A stretch of 64,000 nt of DNA. Origin: Pseudomonadota bacterium. GTDB taxonomy: Bacteria; Bdellovibrionota; Bdellovibrionia; Bdellovibrionales; Bdellovibrionaceae. Positions 27,532 to 37,736 of this stretch are shown in pieces. The stretch covers positions 32,001 through 96,000 of the forward strand of contig JBEGVH010000016.1 of the NCBI GenBank assembly GCA_041178425.1. The letters run 5' to 3'. The notes below the pieces were generated by a model. That model saw only the letters and a list, made by a program, of their open reading frames with translations. It searched no databases and was not told where the DNA came from. Within the stretch, counting starts at the first letter, position 1. Each line of letters starts with the position of its first letter. The position numbers were made by a program, and so were the translations under genes.

Positions 27532-27677
27532 GTTTCAGTTAAAACGAAATCGATAAGAGGCCCGCTTTTCGGATATTCCGACCGCCTTTTCGGAAACTAA
27601 GAGCTGTGGAAAAAACCAAGATTATTCAATTTTTTTAATTTTGGCCATTTTGCCATTTAGATGAAACGTATCTTACA

Positions 27678-27737
27678 AAAATTCACGGGGCCACCGTGAT
27701 ATTTCATCGAAAATTCACGGAAGTGATGTGATAATTC
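27678..27737. promoter_or_regulatory. Tandem palindromic operator-like sites
   Basis: Two copies of AAAATTCAC-N9-GTGATA 32 bp apart in a divergent intergenic region. Confidence 0.6.
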
Positions 27738-27946
27738 AAATATGTACAACCGATTATTTTCGCCTTTCGACACAGAAGACGAATGTGAAATAATACCCGT
27801 TATGAAATTTGTTGAGTCACTCTGGAGCCTTGAGATTTAAGTTATTGGACTTATCCCCTATAAAAAATAAATTTTAATTGGATAGAGGGTGTGCATCGAT
27901 GATGATACATAGTATGAAGAACTAGGTCGTTTCTTAAGGGAGCCCT

Positions 27947-30751
27947 ATGTTTAATTTTAATATTTTCGGTACAGCTCGAATAAAAGGTGAAAAGAAAGTA
28001 TCCTCAATTTTAGGTGAAAATACTGAAGAACAAAATTGGCACAAAAAAACGTCAGAAGAGGCTTTACAAATATTGAGGTCTTCTCTCAACGGACTTTCAA
28101 CTGACGAAGTTCAGCAACGCCTTCTCACTTTTGGTCGCAATCAATTACCAGAAACGAAGAAACGCTCCCATTTAAATATTTTTTTTAGTCAATTCTTAAG
28201 CCCCCTTATTTATCTTTTGCTCTTCGCCTCTATTATTGCCTTTTTTATTGGTGAAGCGAAGGATTCTCTCGTCATATTAATCGTCGTTTTTCTCAATGCT
28301 GTAATTGGAACGCTCCAAGAGGGACGCGCCGAACAATCTCTCGATGCACTCCGAAAGCTTTCGCAATTGCAATCTAGAGTTGTAAGAAACGACAGAGAGC
28401 AACTTGTAGAGGCCAGCGAAGTGGTTCCTGGAGACATCCTCTCTTTAGCTGCTGGCGATGCCATTCCCGCCGACTCTAGAATAATCGATTCAAGCCAATT
28501 GACGACCGCTGAGGCAGCTCTGACCGGTGAATCACTCCCTGTGGAGAAGAACTCTCAATTGCTAACAGCAGACACTTTGTTAGCAGACAGAATCAACATG
28601 ATATATGCCGGAACTTACGTTCACTCAGGACGTTGCCGAGCCATCGTAACTGCAACAGGCCTCAATAACGAAATTGGCAAAATTGCTCAATTGGCATCAA
28701 CTACTGTGCAGCCAAAAACAAAACTTGAGCTGCGTATTCATCACTTTGGTCGTCTTCTCATCATTGCATCAATCCTCATTTCGGCCGTTGTAGTAATCAT
28801 CGGTATCTTTCGAAATATTCCACTCGCCGAAATTTTTATGGTGGCCATTAGTCAAATGGTGTCTCTAGTTCCTGAGGGGCTTCCAGTTGCAATGACCATT
28901 GCCCTTGCGGTCGGAGTTCAACGAATGGCCAAAAGAGGAACAATCGTCAGAAGACTCTCCGCCGTCGAAACATTAGGATCAACAACGATTATTTGCACAG
29001 ATAAAACAGGAACACTCACCCGTAATGAAATGACAGTCACAAATATCTATCTTCCCTATCAACAAAGGTCACTCACCGTCTCGGGAATCGGCTATTCACC
29101 CAATGGTAATTTTATCGAAAAAAATAATATCCCTGATACTCAAAAAGATGACCAATTAATTCGTCTATTACGAGCCTGTGTACTTTGTAACGACGCCCAA
29201 CTGCAGCCTCCACAGCAAGAAAATGAAAACTGGAAAGTTCTTGGTGATCCCACCGAAGGGGCCCTGCTTACTCTGGCATTAAAAGGCGGTATAGACGCTC
29301 TAGGTACACGAAATGAATTTCCTAGGGCTGCTGAGATTCCCTTTGATTCCGAGAACAAAATGATGGCAACCCAAAATCGTTTTGATGAAGAATACTATGT
29401 TTTTTTAAAGGGCGCTCCAGAGAGTCTATTAGATCTCTGTTTTGCAATTGACCAAAATGGTGAAACTAAAATTCTATCATCCGAAATACGCTCCGAAATT
29501 CAGTCAGCTGCACATACGATGGCCGATTCAGCATTAAGAGTACTGGCCTTCGCTTATATTAAAAATTCTACCATCGATCTCTCCGCAGGATTTAAAAGTC
29601 TAAAAAATAAAGGTGTATTTTTAGGTCTGGTTGGTCAGATTGACCCACCACGTAGTGAAATTGCTCAAGCAATCACTGACAGTGGTCGAGCCGGAATAAG
29701 AACTGTCATGGTCACAGGCGATCACAAAGCGACAGGAAAAGCCATCGCTACCAATCTAGGAATTAGTCGTGATGGCGATATCGTTATCGACGGCAAAGAG
29801 TTAGAGACGTTGTCTGATGGAGAGCTTGATGCGATAATCAATAAGGTTTCTGTTTTTGCTCGCGTGCATCCCGCGCAGAAACTTCGAATCGTAGAAACGT
29901 TTCAGAGAATGGGCCATGTTGTTGCCATGACGGGCGACGGAGTGAATGATGCTCCAGCTCTGGTAAAAGCAGACGTTGGAGTTGCAATGGGAATCACTGG
30001 CACAGAGGTGGCAAAGGAGGCTTCAAAGATAGTTATCACCGATGATAACTTTGCCACTATCGTTGCTGCTGTTGCTGAAGGGCGCCTTGTTTACCAAAAT
30101 ATCAAAAAATTAATCCTTTTTCTTTTTGTCACTTCGATTGATGAGGTTTTAATTTTGCTTTTAGCATTGCTCTTCGGCTATCCAATTCCACTTGCTGCTG
30201 TTCAGATTCTTTGGATTAACCTCGTTACCGAAGGAACTCTCACAATCAATCTAATCATGGAGCCTTTCGAGGGCGATGAAATGCAAAGATTGCCAACTCC
30301 TACCCAAGAGCTCTTATTGGATCGATCCCTTCTATCGCGGATCCCACTTATGGTGGCGGCCTCAGTGACATCAACATTTGGCTGGTTTATCTTTAGAGCC
30401 TCTCAAGGAGTTGCACCTGACCTCGTGAAAACAGAGACTTTCACAGTTCTTGCCGTCTGCCAATGGTTCAATGTGCTCAACTGCCGCTCGTCCATTCAAA
30501 CGGCATTTTCGTTGGATCTTATCAAAAACCCATGGTTGATTGGTGGCCTTGTGTTAGGCAACATCCTTCATCTTGCCGTCATTTATTGGAAACCACTCAG
30601 TCAATTTTTTCATACGGTCCCCATCGCGCCGACTCAATTTATTTCCATTGGAGCGGTTGCAAGCCTCGTTCTCTGGGTAGAAGAACTCAGGAAGTACTAC
30701 TCGAGACGGAAGCAATCCTCCAACTGTGTCGCCTCCCTGGGAGCTATGTAA
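27947..30751 (+). CDS. Cation-transporting P-type ATPase (type II, Ca2+-like)
   Basis: LTGES, VPEGLP, DKTGTLT, KGAPE, TGD, GDGVNDAPAL. Confidence 0.95.
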   Translation: MFNFNIFGTARIKGEKKVSSILGENTEEQNWHKKTSEEALQILRSSLNGLSTDEVQQRLLTFGRNQLPETKKRSHLNIFFSQFLSPLIYLLLFASIIAFFIGEAKDSLVILIVVFLNAVIGTLQEGRAEQSLDALRKLSQLQSRVVRNDREQLVEASEVVPGDILSLAAGDAIPADSRIIDSSQLTTAEAALTGESLPVEKNSQLLTADTLLADRINMIYAGTYVHSGRCRAIVTATGLNNEIGKIAQLASTTVQPKTKLELRIHHFGRLLIIASILISAVVVIIGIFRNIPLAEIFMVAISQMVSLVPEGLPVAMTIALAVGVQRMAKRGTIVRRLSAVETLGSTTIICTDKTGTLTRNEMTVTNIYLPYQQRSLTVSGIGYSPNGNFIEKNNIPDTQKDDQLIRLLRACVLCNDAQLQPPQQENENWKVLGDPTEGALLTLALKGGIDALGTRNEFPRAAEIPFDSENKMMATQNRFDEEYYVFLKGAPESLLDLCFAIDQNGETKILSSEIRSEIQSAAHTMADSALRVLAFAYIKNSTIDLSAGFKSLKNKGVFLGLVGQIDPPRSEIAQAITDSGRAGIRTVMVTGDHKATGKAIATNLGISRDGDIVIDGKELETLSDGELDAIINKVSVFARVHPAQKLRIVETFQRMGHVVAMTGDGVNDAPALVKADVGVAMGITGTEVAKEASKIVITDDNFATIVAAVAEGRLVYQNIKKLILFLFVTSIDEVLILLLALLFGYPIPLAAVQILWINLVTEGTLTINLIMEPFEGDEMQRLPTPTQELLLDRSLLSRIPLMVAASVTSTFGWFIFRASQGVAPDLVKTETFTVLAVCQWFNVLNCRSSIQTAFSLDLIKNPWLIGGLVLGNILHLAVIYWKPLSQFFHTVPIAPTQFISIGAVASLVLWVEELRKYYSRRKQSSNCVASLGAM

Positions 30752-31749
30752 TGCTTTTAATCTTTACACACTTTGTAGTTGCCGCCCTAATTATTATTTT
30801 CGCCGGTTCAAAACTAACAAAATATGCAGATAAAATTTCCGAACTGACTGGCTGGGGACGACTTTTTGTTGGTAGCCTCCTCGTAGCGGGTGCTACTTCT
30901 TTGCCAGAACTGACCGTCGACGTTCGTGCTATTAAGGAAAACCTTCCTGACCTCGCCGTTGGAGACTTACTAGGAAGCAGTCTTTTTAACTTATTAATAT
31001 TAGCCTTATTGGATTTTTCCTACCCGTCAGTCTTTCGGGGTACAACTTTCTCACCAAAGTTTCTCCATCATTCTCTCTCTGCTGTATTAACCATTGTCTT
31101 AACCTCACTGGTTGGAGTTGGAATCGCCTCTCGCCTTGAGTACTCTTTCCTCGGTGTTGGCCTCTTTTCTTGGGCCGTTTTATTTATTTATCTATTTGGC
31201 TTGAGATTAATCTTTATTGACGGCAACAGTGGACTCCTTGAAAAAGAGGCACCGACACCACCAATATCAAATAAGTACAGTTTACTTACTGCTTTCCTTG
31301 GGTACGCAGCCTCAGCATTAGTTATTCTAATTGCTGCCCCCTATCTTGTTGAGGCGGGAGATAAAATTGCAATATCCACTGGCTTCGGACACACCTTCAT
31401 TGGTACCGTACTCATTGCCTTCACGACATCATTACCAGAACTCATTGCAACACTATCGGCGTTCCAAATGGGAAAACCCGATTTAGCTCTAGGAAATATT
31501 TTTGGAAGCAATGCCTTTAATATGGTTCTTTTTGTTCCATTAGATTTTTTATTCTCTAATTCACTTCTTTCTGCGGTCAGTAGGAGTCATGTCGTAACGG
31601 CTTTTGGTGTGGTGACGGCAACCGGCATCGCCGTCATGGGTCAACTCTATCGAAAAAAAGAGCGTTCGCGACTTACCGAACCAACCTCAGAAACCGTTTT
31701 AGTTGTAATTTTATTATTCTTGTTACTGCTTTATTCTATGAATGCTTAA
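30751..31749 (+). CDS. Cation/Ca2+ exchanger (CaCA, sodium:calcium antiporter family)
   Basis: Two alpha repeats, ATSLPE..GDLLGSSLFN and TSLPE..GNIFGSNAFN; true start at the TAATG overlap with the ATPase stop. Confidence 0.92.
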   Translation: MLLIFTHFVVAALIIIFAGSKLTKYADKISELTGWGRLFVGSLLVAGATSLPELTVDVRAIKENLPDLAVGDLLGSSLFNLLILALLDFSYPSVFRGTTFSPKFLHHSLSAVLTIVLTSLVGVGIASRLEYSFLGVGLFSWAVLFIYLFGLRLIFIDGNSGLLEKEAPTPPISNKYSLLTAFLGYAASALVILIAAPYLVEAGDKIAISTGFGHTFIGTVLIAFTTSLPELIATLSAFQMGKPDLALGNIFGSNAFNMVLFVPLDFLFSNSLLSAVSRSHVVTAFGVVTATGIAVMGQLYRKKERSRLTEPTSETVLVVILLFLLLLYSMNA

Positions 31750-31786
31750 TCTTGAGTTTTTTAAAAGAATGGAGAACTGATTTACT

Positions 31787-31869
31787 TGGTGCGCGGGGAG
31801 GGACTTGAACCCTCACGCTCTCGCATACGCCCCTCAAACGTACGTGTCTACCAATTCCACCACCCGCGC
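31787..31869 (-). tRNA. tRNA-Leu (anticodon GAG), CCA encoded
   Basis: GCGCGGG/CCCGCGC acceptor stem, D-arm GTGGAATTGGTAGACAC, anticodon loop TT-GAG-GG, long variable arm, GTTCAAG T-loop, ACCA end. Confidence 0.97.
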
Positions 31870-31966
31870 ATATAAAAAAATGGTGTTGAATTCACTTTTT
31901 AACCGCGCCGATGGTGACTTGTCAACTTTACACTTTGATTAAAGAAAAGAGTGGCGAGCTTAGATT

Positions 31967-32380
31967 CTAAGCAATCTTCTGCCCGTTGGCTTTTTGCCAA
32001 GCCAATTTGATCTTCTCTTCGAATTGTTTTGCAGAGAAAGGTTTTAAAATGTACTGGCTGACCCCTGCGGAAATCGCATCAAGAATATGCTCCTTTTGCC
32101 CCTCCGAGGTAAGCAAAATGAAAGGTAAGTTGGTTCCTTGGGGATGCATTCGTACCCTTACTAAAAAATCGTAACCCGACAGGTTGGGCATATTCCAGTC
32201 AGAGATAATTAATCCTACAGGCTCCTGCTGGAGTAGTTGCTGCCAATAATTCCAAGCTTTTGCACCATCGTCAGCCTGAACAATTTTATTGTATCCCAAG
32301 CGACGTAACTCGGTACCCACCATGTCTCGAATGGTTGGCATATCATCACAAATAAGAATGCGAGTGTCTTTTGAAAACAT
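31967..32380 (-). CDS. CheY-like single-domain response regulator
   Basis: ICDD, ISDWNMP, LTSE, YILKPF. Confidence 0.92.
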   Translation of the reverse strand: MFSKDTRILICDDMPTIRDMVGTELRRLGYNKIVQADDGAKAWNYWQQLLQQEPVGLIISDWNMPNLSGYDFLVRVRMHPQGTNLPFILLTSEGQKEHILDAISAGVSQYILKPFSAKQFEEKIKLAWQKANGQKIA

Positions 32381-32476
32381 ATCTCACATGGTAAACTCGC
32401 AAAATAGGGACCGCAAATGGAGATTTGGTGGCTAGACTCCCCCTGAGCCAAGGTCTAAGAACATTTGAGAGGGGGG

Positions 32477-33076
32477 TTAAAATTGATACCCAAGAGCGAC
32501 GGCAACAGAACCAAGCATCCCATTAGGATACACCGGCACATAGACAGTTTGACTCCAGATATCCACAAAAAGGTTTAATACCCCTTTGAGGCGCATTCCG
32601 ATGAGATATCCTCCGAGGGCATTATTTTTGCCCACCATAGTTTTTGAAGAGCCAAGAACGCCCATGGTTGATTCTGGCAACAACCATCCGGTTCCCACAC
32701 CGCCATAAACAACATAGTTTTCGGTTAGATCTACAAATCCAAGCCCCCACACTTTGAATTCAGTGTAACGATTAGTCACATTGAGCCCCTCATTGCCCGT
32801 TGCCCGCTCAGTCGAATAAGTGTCGAATCTCAATGCCCAAGGCGATCGACGCAGGTAAATATCGCCAAAAAGGCCGACACCATTAGAACTCATGCTGGGC
32901 TCTTCACTGGTCTCTTCAAAAGTTCCGGCAGCAGAAAAAATGCCAATCGAGGTTTGATACTTTTCACTAAAGCTCATGTTCTGTTCTACAAAAGCAAAAC
33001 TGTTTAGAGAGCTTAAAATGATAACACCTATTATCGAGGCAAATTTCAGTCTTTGACTAAAAGGTGATTGCGACAT
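32477..33076 (-). CDS. Outer-membrane beta-barrel protein
   Basis: Signal peptide ending SFA; amphipathic strands; C-terminal LGYQF. Confidence 0.72.
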   Translation of the reverse strand: MSQSPFSQRLKFASIIGVIILSSLNSFAFVEQNMSFSEKYQTSIGIFSAAGTFEETSEEPSMSSNGVGLFGDIYLRRSPWALRFDTYSTERATGNEGLNVTNRYTEFKVWGLGFVDLTENYVVYGGVGTGWLLPESTMGVLGSSKTMVGKNNALGGYLIGMRLKGVLNLFVDIWSQTVYVPVYPNGMLGSVAVALGYQF

Positions 33077-33103
33077 GCATTGACTCCTAAAGTTCCAAAA
33101 ATA

Positions 33104-34447
33104 TTATTGCCTGCAGCGAGAATTAAAATTCTCGAGGTTTTCTTTGGTCTTCAACACTGCTAACCACTTCTCACAACGCTCAGAAGGAATTTGCGGGCTT
33201 CCTGGACCAAACAAAAGAGTATCAACAATTTTTTCCCACTGAGCGACCGAGACTCTCATTTCGTCTTCCACATAAACTTTTATGAAATGAGGCAAGAAGG
33301 TCGGAAGAACTTCGACTATTCTCTTGGCCCATTGGCGTCGCGCCAATAGATCATTCAGTTCGCCTCTCTCCTCTAATCTCACATAAACCATACGAGCTAA
33401 GCTCGAACCGAGTTCGTAACCGTACTTGACGGCCTGCCGCTCCTGCCCCGCTTTATCGAGCCAAGGAGAATATTTTTTTCCAAGGTCTTCTACAGTGAAA
33501 AATGAAGGTGATCCTTGATCGGATTTAAGACATCTCTCATCACCGATGCTCTTATCAAATGATAGCGTCATAAAACAGGGATCAGAGCTGTACATCCAAC
33601 CCCATACATCGGCGAGCCCTTCGTTCAGTCCGCGCAGAATCGTTCTATTCAAGAATCGTGTTTTAAAGACCTCTAAAACCTCGATATTTTTTGAATGGTC
33701 TTCGATCTTTGAATTCTGCCGATTAAAGGGAGGAGAAATCGAAAAAACATTAAAAACCGAACGTGAAAAATCAAATAAATGAGGGGTGAATTCATTTAAA
33801 TTGAGAATGTTTTTTTTCTTTGCTTCTGAGTTCTTCAGCAAAGGCAACAACAACAGCCTCGCAAAAATAGAATGAAAGTGTTCATGAGCCAGCACCGCTC
33901 CATTCACAGACAACGGCAGGCCTTTTCGGCGATAGGGAACCACAAAAAAGGAATCAACAGCGGCATCGTAGAACGCATTGTTAGTCATGATTTGTCCGCC
34001 ACCAAGATCTTCGATGAACTTCACATAAACTTTTCGAGCGACATCCGAATCAGGCAGGGAAAGCTCTTTGTCGAGCTTTTGCATTTTCTCTAGGTGTGCA
34101 TAGATGGATGCAACCTCTGTCGAAAAGCGAGTGAGAGGAATAATCGCCCCTGATTTATCCTGCGAGTATTCTAATAAAATATCCTGTGATGAAAGCGTAT
34201 TCTCATCGATTCGCAAAACATGGCTTCGTAGCTGGGCTGCTCCCCCATTGAGAGGCGCCCAACTGGTCACTGTGTCGAGCTGAATCTTTTGAACCGAATA
34301 GGCTCCGTTAGCTCCCATCCAGGGTAGCCAAATTTGATGGCTTATTGATGTCTTCTTCGCGGGAGTACAGCCAATCGAGCTAAAAACGACAAAGAAAAGC
34401 AGCGCACCCCAAAGGGCACCTTTTACCGGTCGGTTTTCTTCGTGCAT
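33104..34447 (-). CDS. Lipoprotein with gluzincin (M4/M36-like) Zn-metallopeptidase motif
   Basis: Lipobox SIGC; NNAFY, LAHEHFH, LNEGLAD. Confidence 0.75.
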   Translation of the reverse strand: MHEENRPVKGALWGALLFFVVFSSIGCTPAKKTSISHQIWLPWMGANGAYSVQKIQLDTVTSWAPLNGGAAQLRSHVLRIDENTLSSQDILLEYSQDKSGAIIPLTRFSTEVASIYAHLEKMQKLDKELSLPDSDVARKVYVKFIEDLGGGQIMTNNAFYDAAVDSFFVVPYRRKGLPLSVNGAVLAHEHFHSIFARLLLLPLLKNSEAKKKNILNLNEFTPHLFDFSRSVFNVFSISPPFNRQNSKIEDHSKNIEVLEVFKTRFLNRTILRGLNEGLADVWGWMYSSDPCFMTLSFDKSIGDERCLKSDQGSPSFFTVEDLGKKYSPWLDKAGQERQAVKYGYELGSSLARMVYVRLEERGELNDLLARRQWAKRIVEVLPTFLPHFIKVYVEDEMRVSVAQWEKIVDTLLFGPGSPQIPSERCEKWLAVLKTKENLENFNSRCRQ

Positions 34448-34576
34448 CTTCCCTCACTTCTGGTCACATATCGTTGACCAACCTGACTTTTCAGGTAAAA
34501 AGACAGTCTCTATCTGATGATTTATGACATATCCAGTCATAAGTCTTTAAAACTCTCTAAGGGAGAAACTAAGATA

Positions 34577-36835
34577 ATGCAACCCACAGATATTCTTACA
34601 AAAAACTTAAACCCCCCGCAAAGAAAGGCTGTGGAAACATTACAAGGACCGGTGCTCATTCTCGCCGGTGCTGGATCAGGAAAAACCAGAGTCCTCACCC
34701 ATCGAATGGCAAAGATTATTGCCGAAGGTTTTGCTTATCCCGAAGAAATATTGGCAGTTACCTTCACCAACAAGGCCGCTTCTGAAATGGAGCACCGAAT
34801 TTACCAAATTTTGTGCCAACTCGATTATACGGTCTCAGTTCCTCTGTGGGTAACAACGTTCCATAGTTTCTGTGCTCGACTTCTCCGAAGTCACATTACC
34901 ATGCTCGACTTCCAACCTTTTTTTAATATCTACGATAGCCAAGATCAGCTCCAGGTAATCAAGCGAGTCCTCACTCAACTTCATATTGATGATAAAATAT
35001 TCCCTGCCAAAAATTTTCAATCGCGGATTAACAACGCCAAAATGCTCGCACTCTCGCCAGAGGACGCTGCTCGATCAAATAAACTACATCTCGATGAGCA
35101 AACAATCAATGTTTATAAAAAGTACGAAACCCAGCTAAAACAGGCCAATGCTCTCGATTTTGGCGATCTACTTTTAAAAACTTATGAACTTTTTCGAATG
35201 TATCCCGATTTACTGGCGGGTTATCAGCAAAAGTTTAAATATATCATGGTCGATGAGTATCAAGACACCAACCATATTCAATACTTGCTTGTTCAGCAAT
35301 TGGCCTCTCAGCACCGTAATCTCTGCGTGGTTGGAGACGAAGATCAATCGATCTATAGCTGGCGGGGCGCTGATATTTCAAATATTCTGAATTTCGAAAA
35401 AGATTTTCCTGAGGCCCATGTCATTAAACTCGAGGAGAACTATCGCTCCACGAAAACAATCGTTAATGCTGCTAGCCACCTCATACGCAATAACACCGAG
35501 AGAAAAGACAAAACCCTCTTTACCAACAATAACGACGGCGACCCCATCACCATCAAAGAAGAAAAAAATGAGTACGATGAAGCCCGCTTTGTCGTAAAGA
35601 ACCTCTTAGAGGGCGTCAGCCATGGCGATAAAAACTGGGCCGACTGCGCTGTTTTCTACCGAACCAACGCTCAATCAAGGGTTTTAGAAGAGCAACTTCG
35701 AATGAACCAGATCCCCTATCGCCTTGTTGGTGGGGTTAAGTTTTATGAGCGAATGGAAGTTAAAGATCTGTTATGTTACATGAGAATCACCATGAATCTG
35801 AATGATGATCTGGCATTTAAGAGAATCATCAATACTCCAACCCGCGGCATCGGAAAAACAACGTTAGAGAGAATCGAAGAAATTGCAAACAGTCGCCAAC
35901 TCACTCTTTGGCAGGCGCTCCAGCACTCGGTTGAAAATCGTGAATTTTCTGCGGGTATCACACAAAAGTTAAGACGTTTTATTGACCTTATCGAAAAACT
36001 AAAATTGGAGTCAGAAAAGAGTGGCCTTCTCGACTTTTATAAATTTGCAATAGACCAAACCGAATATGTTGCAAAACTTGCCATCGAACAAACTCCAGAA
36101 GCTCAGGCTCGTATTGAAAACCTTGAGGAATTAAGCAACGCCATCGGACAATTTGAAAAAGAACGTGGCAAGGAAGCGACTCTTGTGAGTTTTCTCGAAG
36201 AAATGGCCCTTGTTAGCGACACCGACGACATGAAAGAAGATCGAAACGCCGTCACGCTCATGACACTCCATATTTCAAAAGGTTTGGAGTTCCCGATAGT
36301 TTTCGTTGTGGGAATGGAAGAGGGACTCTTTCCGAGTTTCCGCTCTATGGATGATCTCGACCCAAGTTCGGTAGAAGAAGAGCGAAGACTTGCCTATGTG
36401 GGAATGACCCGCGCAAGGGAGACCCTGTTTCTCACTTACACCCAATCACGCAGAGTTTGGGGTCAGGAGCAGTTTAATCAACCTAGCCGTTTTCTTGATG
36501 AACTCCCTAAAAACCTTGTGCAATGGAAAAAACCATTTGCGACGAGACCAAACTTTTTAAATTCAAGTGCCGCAACCAAAGGCTTCAGTGGATCAAAACA
36601 ACATAATGATGATTGGGACGTGCAATACTTTCCCGATGATATTCCTCAAGCACCATCAAATCAGCCGAGCTCCCCTTATTCAAAAGGCAAAAAGGTCCGC
36701 CATCCAACATTTGGAGTGGGTCAGGTTTTTGAAGTTGAAGGTAGCGGCGAAGATCTCAAGGTCAGTGTGCTTTTTCAAGATCGTACCATTAAAAAATTCG
36801 TAGCTAAATACGCCAGGCTCGAACCGGTTAGTTAG
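34577..36835 (+). CDS. uvrD: UvrD/PcrA SF1 DNA helicase
   Basis: AGAGSGKT, TFTNKAA, DEYQDTN, VGDEDQSIYSWRGA, LEENYRS, SKGLEF, EERRLAYVGMTRA; C-terminal Tudor-like domain (VRHPTFGVG). Confidence 0.96.
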   Translation: MQPTDILTKNLNPPQRKAVETLQGPVLILAGAGSGKTRVLTHRMAKIIAEGFAYPEEILAVTFTNKAASEMEHRIYQILCQLDYTVSVPLWVTTFHSFCARLLRSHITMLDFQPFFNIYDSQDQLQVIKRVLTQLHIDDKIFPAKNFQSRINNAKMLALSPEDAARSNKLHLDEQTINVYKKYETQLKQANALDFGDLLLKTYELFRMYPDLLAGYQQKFKYIMVDEYQDTNHIQYLLVQQLASQHRNLCVVGDEDQSIYSWRGADISNILNFEKDFPEAHVIKLEENYRSTKTIVNAASHLIRNNTERKDKTLFTNNNDGDPITIKEEKNEYDEARFVVKNLLEGVSHGDKNWADCAVFYRTNAQSRVLEEQLRMNQIPYRLVGGVKFYERMEVKDLLCYMRITMNLNDDLAFKRIINTPTRGIGKTTLERIEEIANSRQLTLWQALQHSVENREFSAGITQKLRRFIDLIEKLKLESEKSGLLDFYKFAIDQTEYVAKLAIEQTPEAQARIENLEELSNAIGQFEKERGKEATLVSFLEEMALVSDTDDMKEDRNAVTLMTLHISKGLEFPIVFVVGMEEGLFPSFRSMDDLDPSSVEEERRLAYVGMTRARETLFLTYTQSRRVWGQEQFNQPSRFLDELPKNLVQWKKPFATRPNFLNSSAATKGFSGSKQHNDDWDVQYFPDDIPQAPSNQPSSPYSKGKKVRHPTFGVGQVFEVEGSGEDLKVSVLFQDRTIKKFVAKYARLEPVS

Positions 36836-36861
36836 TTAGTTATTTAGTTGGTTAGTTAGTT
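36827..36861. repeat. Degenerate GTTA/TTAG tetranucleotide repeat at the uvrD stop
   Basis: gttagttagttagttatttagttggttagttagtt. Confidence 0.7.
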
Positions 36862-36875
36862 GACTGACCCGTCAT

Positions 36876-36909
36876 CATAAAAAGGGGCTGAGATAAGCCC
36901 CTTTTTATG
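36876..36909. terminator. Bidirectional intrinsic terminator
   Basis: CATAAAAAGGGGCT-gagata-AGCCCCTTTTTATG between convergent genes. Confidence 0.88.
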
Positions 36910-36926
36910 TCTACCAGTTTTCTGAA

Positions 36927-37736
36927 TTACAATTTAATTTGAGCACCCATCAGATACTTAGTTTCTCGTGTGTCGAAAGCTGAATATTCAGAACGAACTT
37001 TTTTGGACGTTGGATTTAGTATATTTCTCTCTTGGGAAACTGAGAGGGAAATCTTAACAATCTTATGAGGTATTAGGTCGATTCCCAATTCTGGGCCGAG
37101 AAACTCTTCCGTTCTCGACATAGCCTCTCCACCCATAACTTTAATTCGATGGTTCATTGCCAAGTAGGGAACAATCGCTTTACCTTGTGCTAACTTAGCC
37201 TGAGAGACCAATTCAAATTTTGAATCAGTCACGGCATAGTCAGTCACCCGCGGACTCAATTGCACTGTTGCCGTTCTTTGTGAAGCTATCGTATATGGCA
37301 ATTTAATATCGGCACGAACCTGAAAATTCTCTTTGAGGAGCCCAGACTGCTCAGAAGTTGGAAAATATATGCGAGCATCGATTTCGGTTTTATCTGAACC
37401 CCAAAAACTAGGTGCTACTAAAAGCCCAGCAACGGCAACATTAGAAGCTATCATTTCTTGATCGGCTTGGTCTTGATTAATCGTTGCGAGATTATATTTT
37501 CCTCCAATCAAAAGACCTAGTTGAGCTTGGTCGTTGAATTTGTAGGCCAGACGAAATTGAGTTTCAGTGCCTGCCCCACCAAGCTCCTTACCGGTCTGAA
37601 TGTTGCTTGCCATTTCGCTCCTCAACGTGGCTGTCCATGGAAGAACAGGCGCCGGCGCTACAATCGTAGTTTCTGATTGGGCCAAAACGAAAGGTGAACT
37701 CAAAATAAAGATTGACGCAAAAACTAATTTTTTCAT
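36927..37736 (-). CDS. Secreted, probable outer-membrane beta-barrel protein
   Basis: Signal peptide ending VLA; alternating strand pattern; C-terminal YLMGAQIKL. Confidence 0.68.
   Translation of the reverse strand: MKKLVFASIFILSSPFVLAQSETTIVAPAPVLPWTATLRSEMASNIQTGKELGGAGTETQFRLAYKFNDQAQLGLLIGGKYNLATINQDQADQEMIASNVAVAGLLVAPSFWGSDKTEIDARIYFPTSEQSGLLKENFQVRADIKLPYTIASQRTATVQLSPRVTDYAVTDSKFELVSQAKLAQGKAIVPYLAMNHRIKVMGGEAMSRTEEFLGPELGIDLIPHKIVKISLSVSQERNILNPTSKKVRSEYSAFDTRETKYLMGAQIKL

Noticed and set aside
30463..30750. 96-aa N-terminal extension of the antiporter ORF overlapping the ATPase
   Set aside because: Open-frame artefact; the hydrophobic CaCA sequence begins at the TAATG-coupled ATG at 30751.
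23800..31869. Prophage or integrative element at tRNA-Leu
   Set aside because: No integrase, phage genes or duplicated tRNA 3' end were found by eye.
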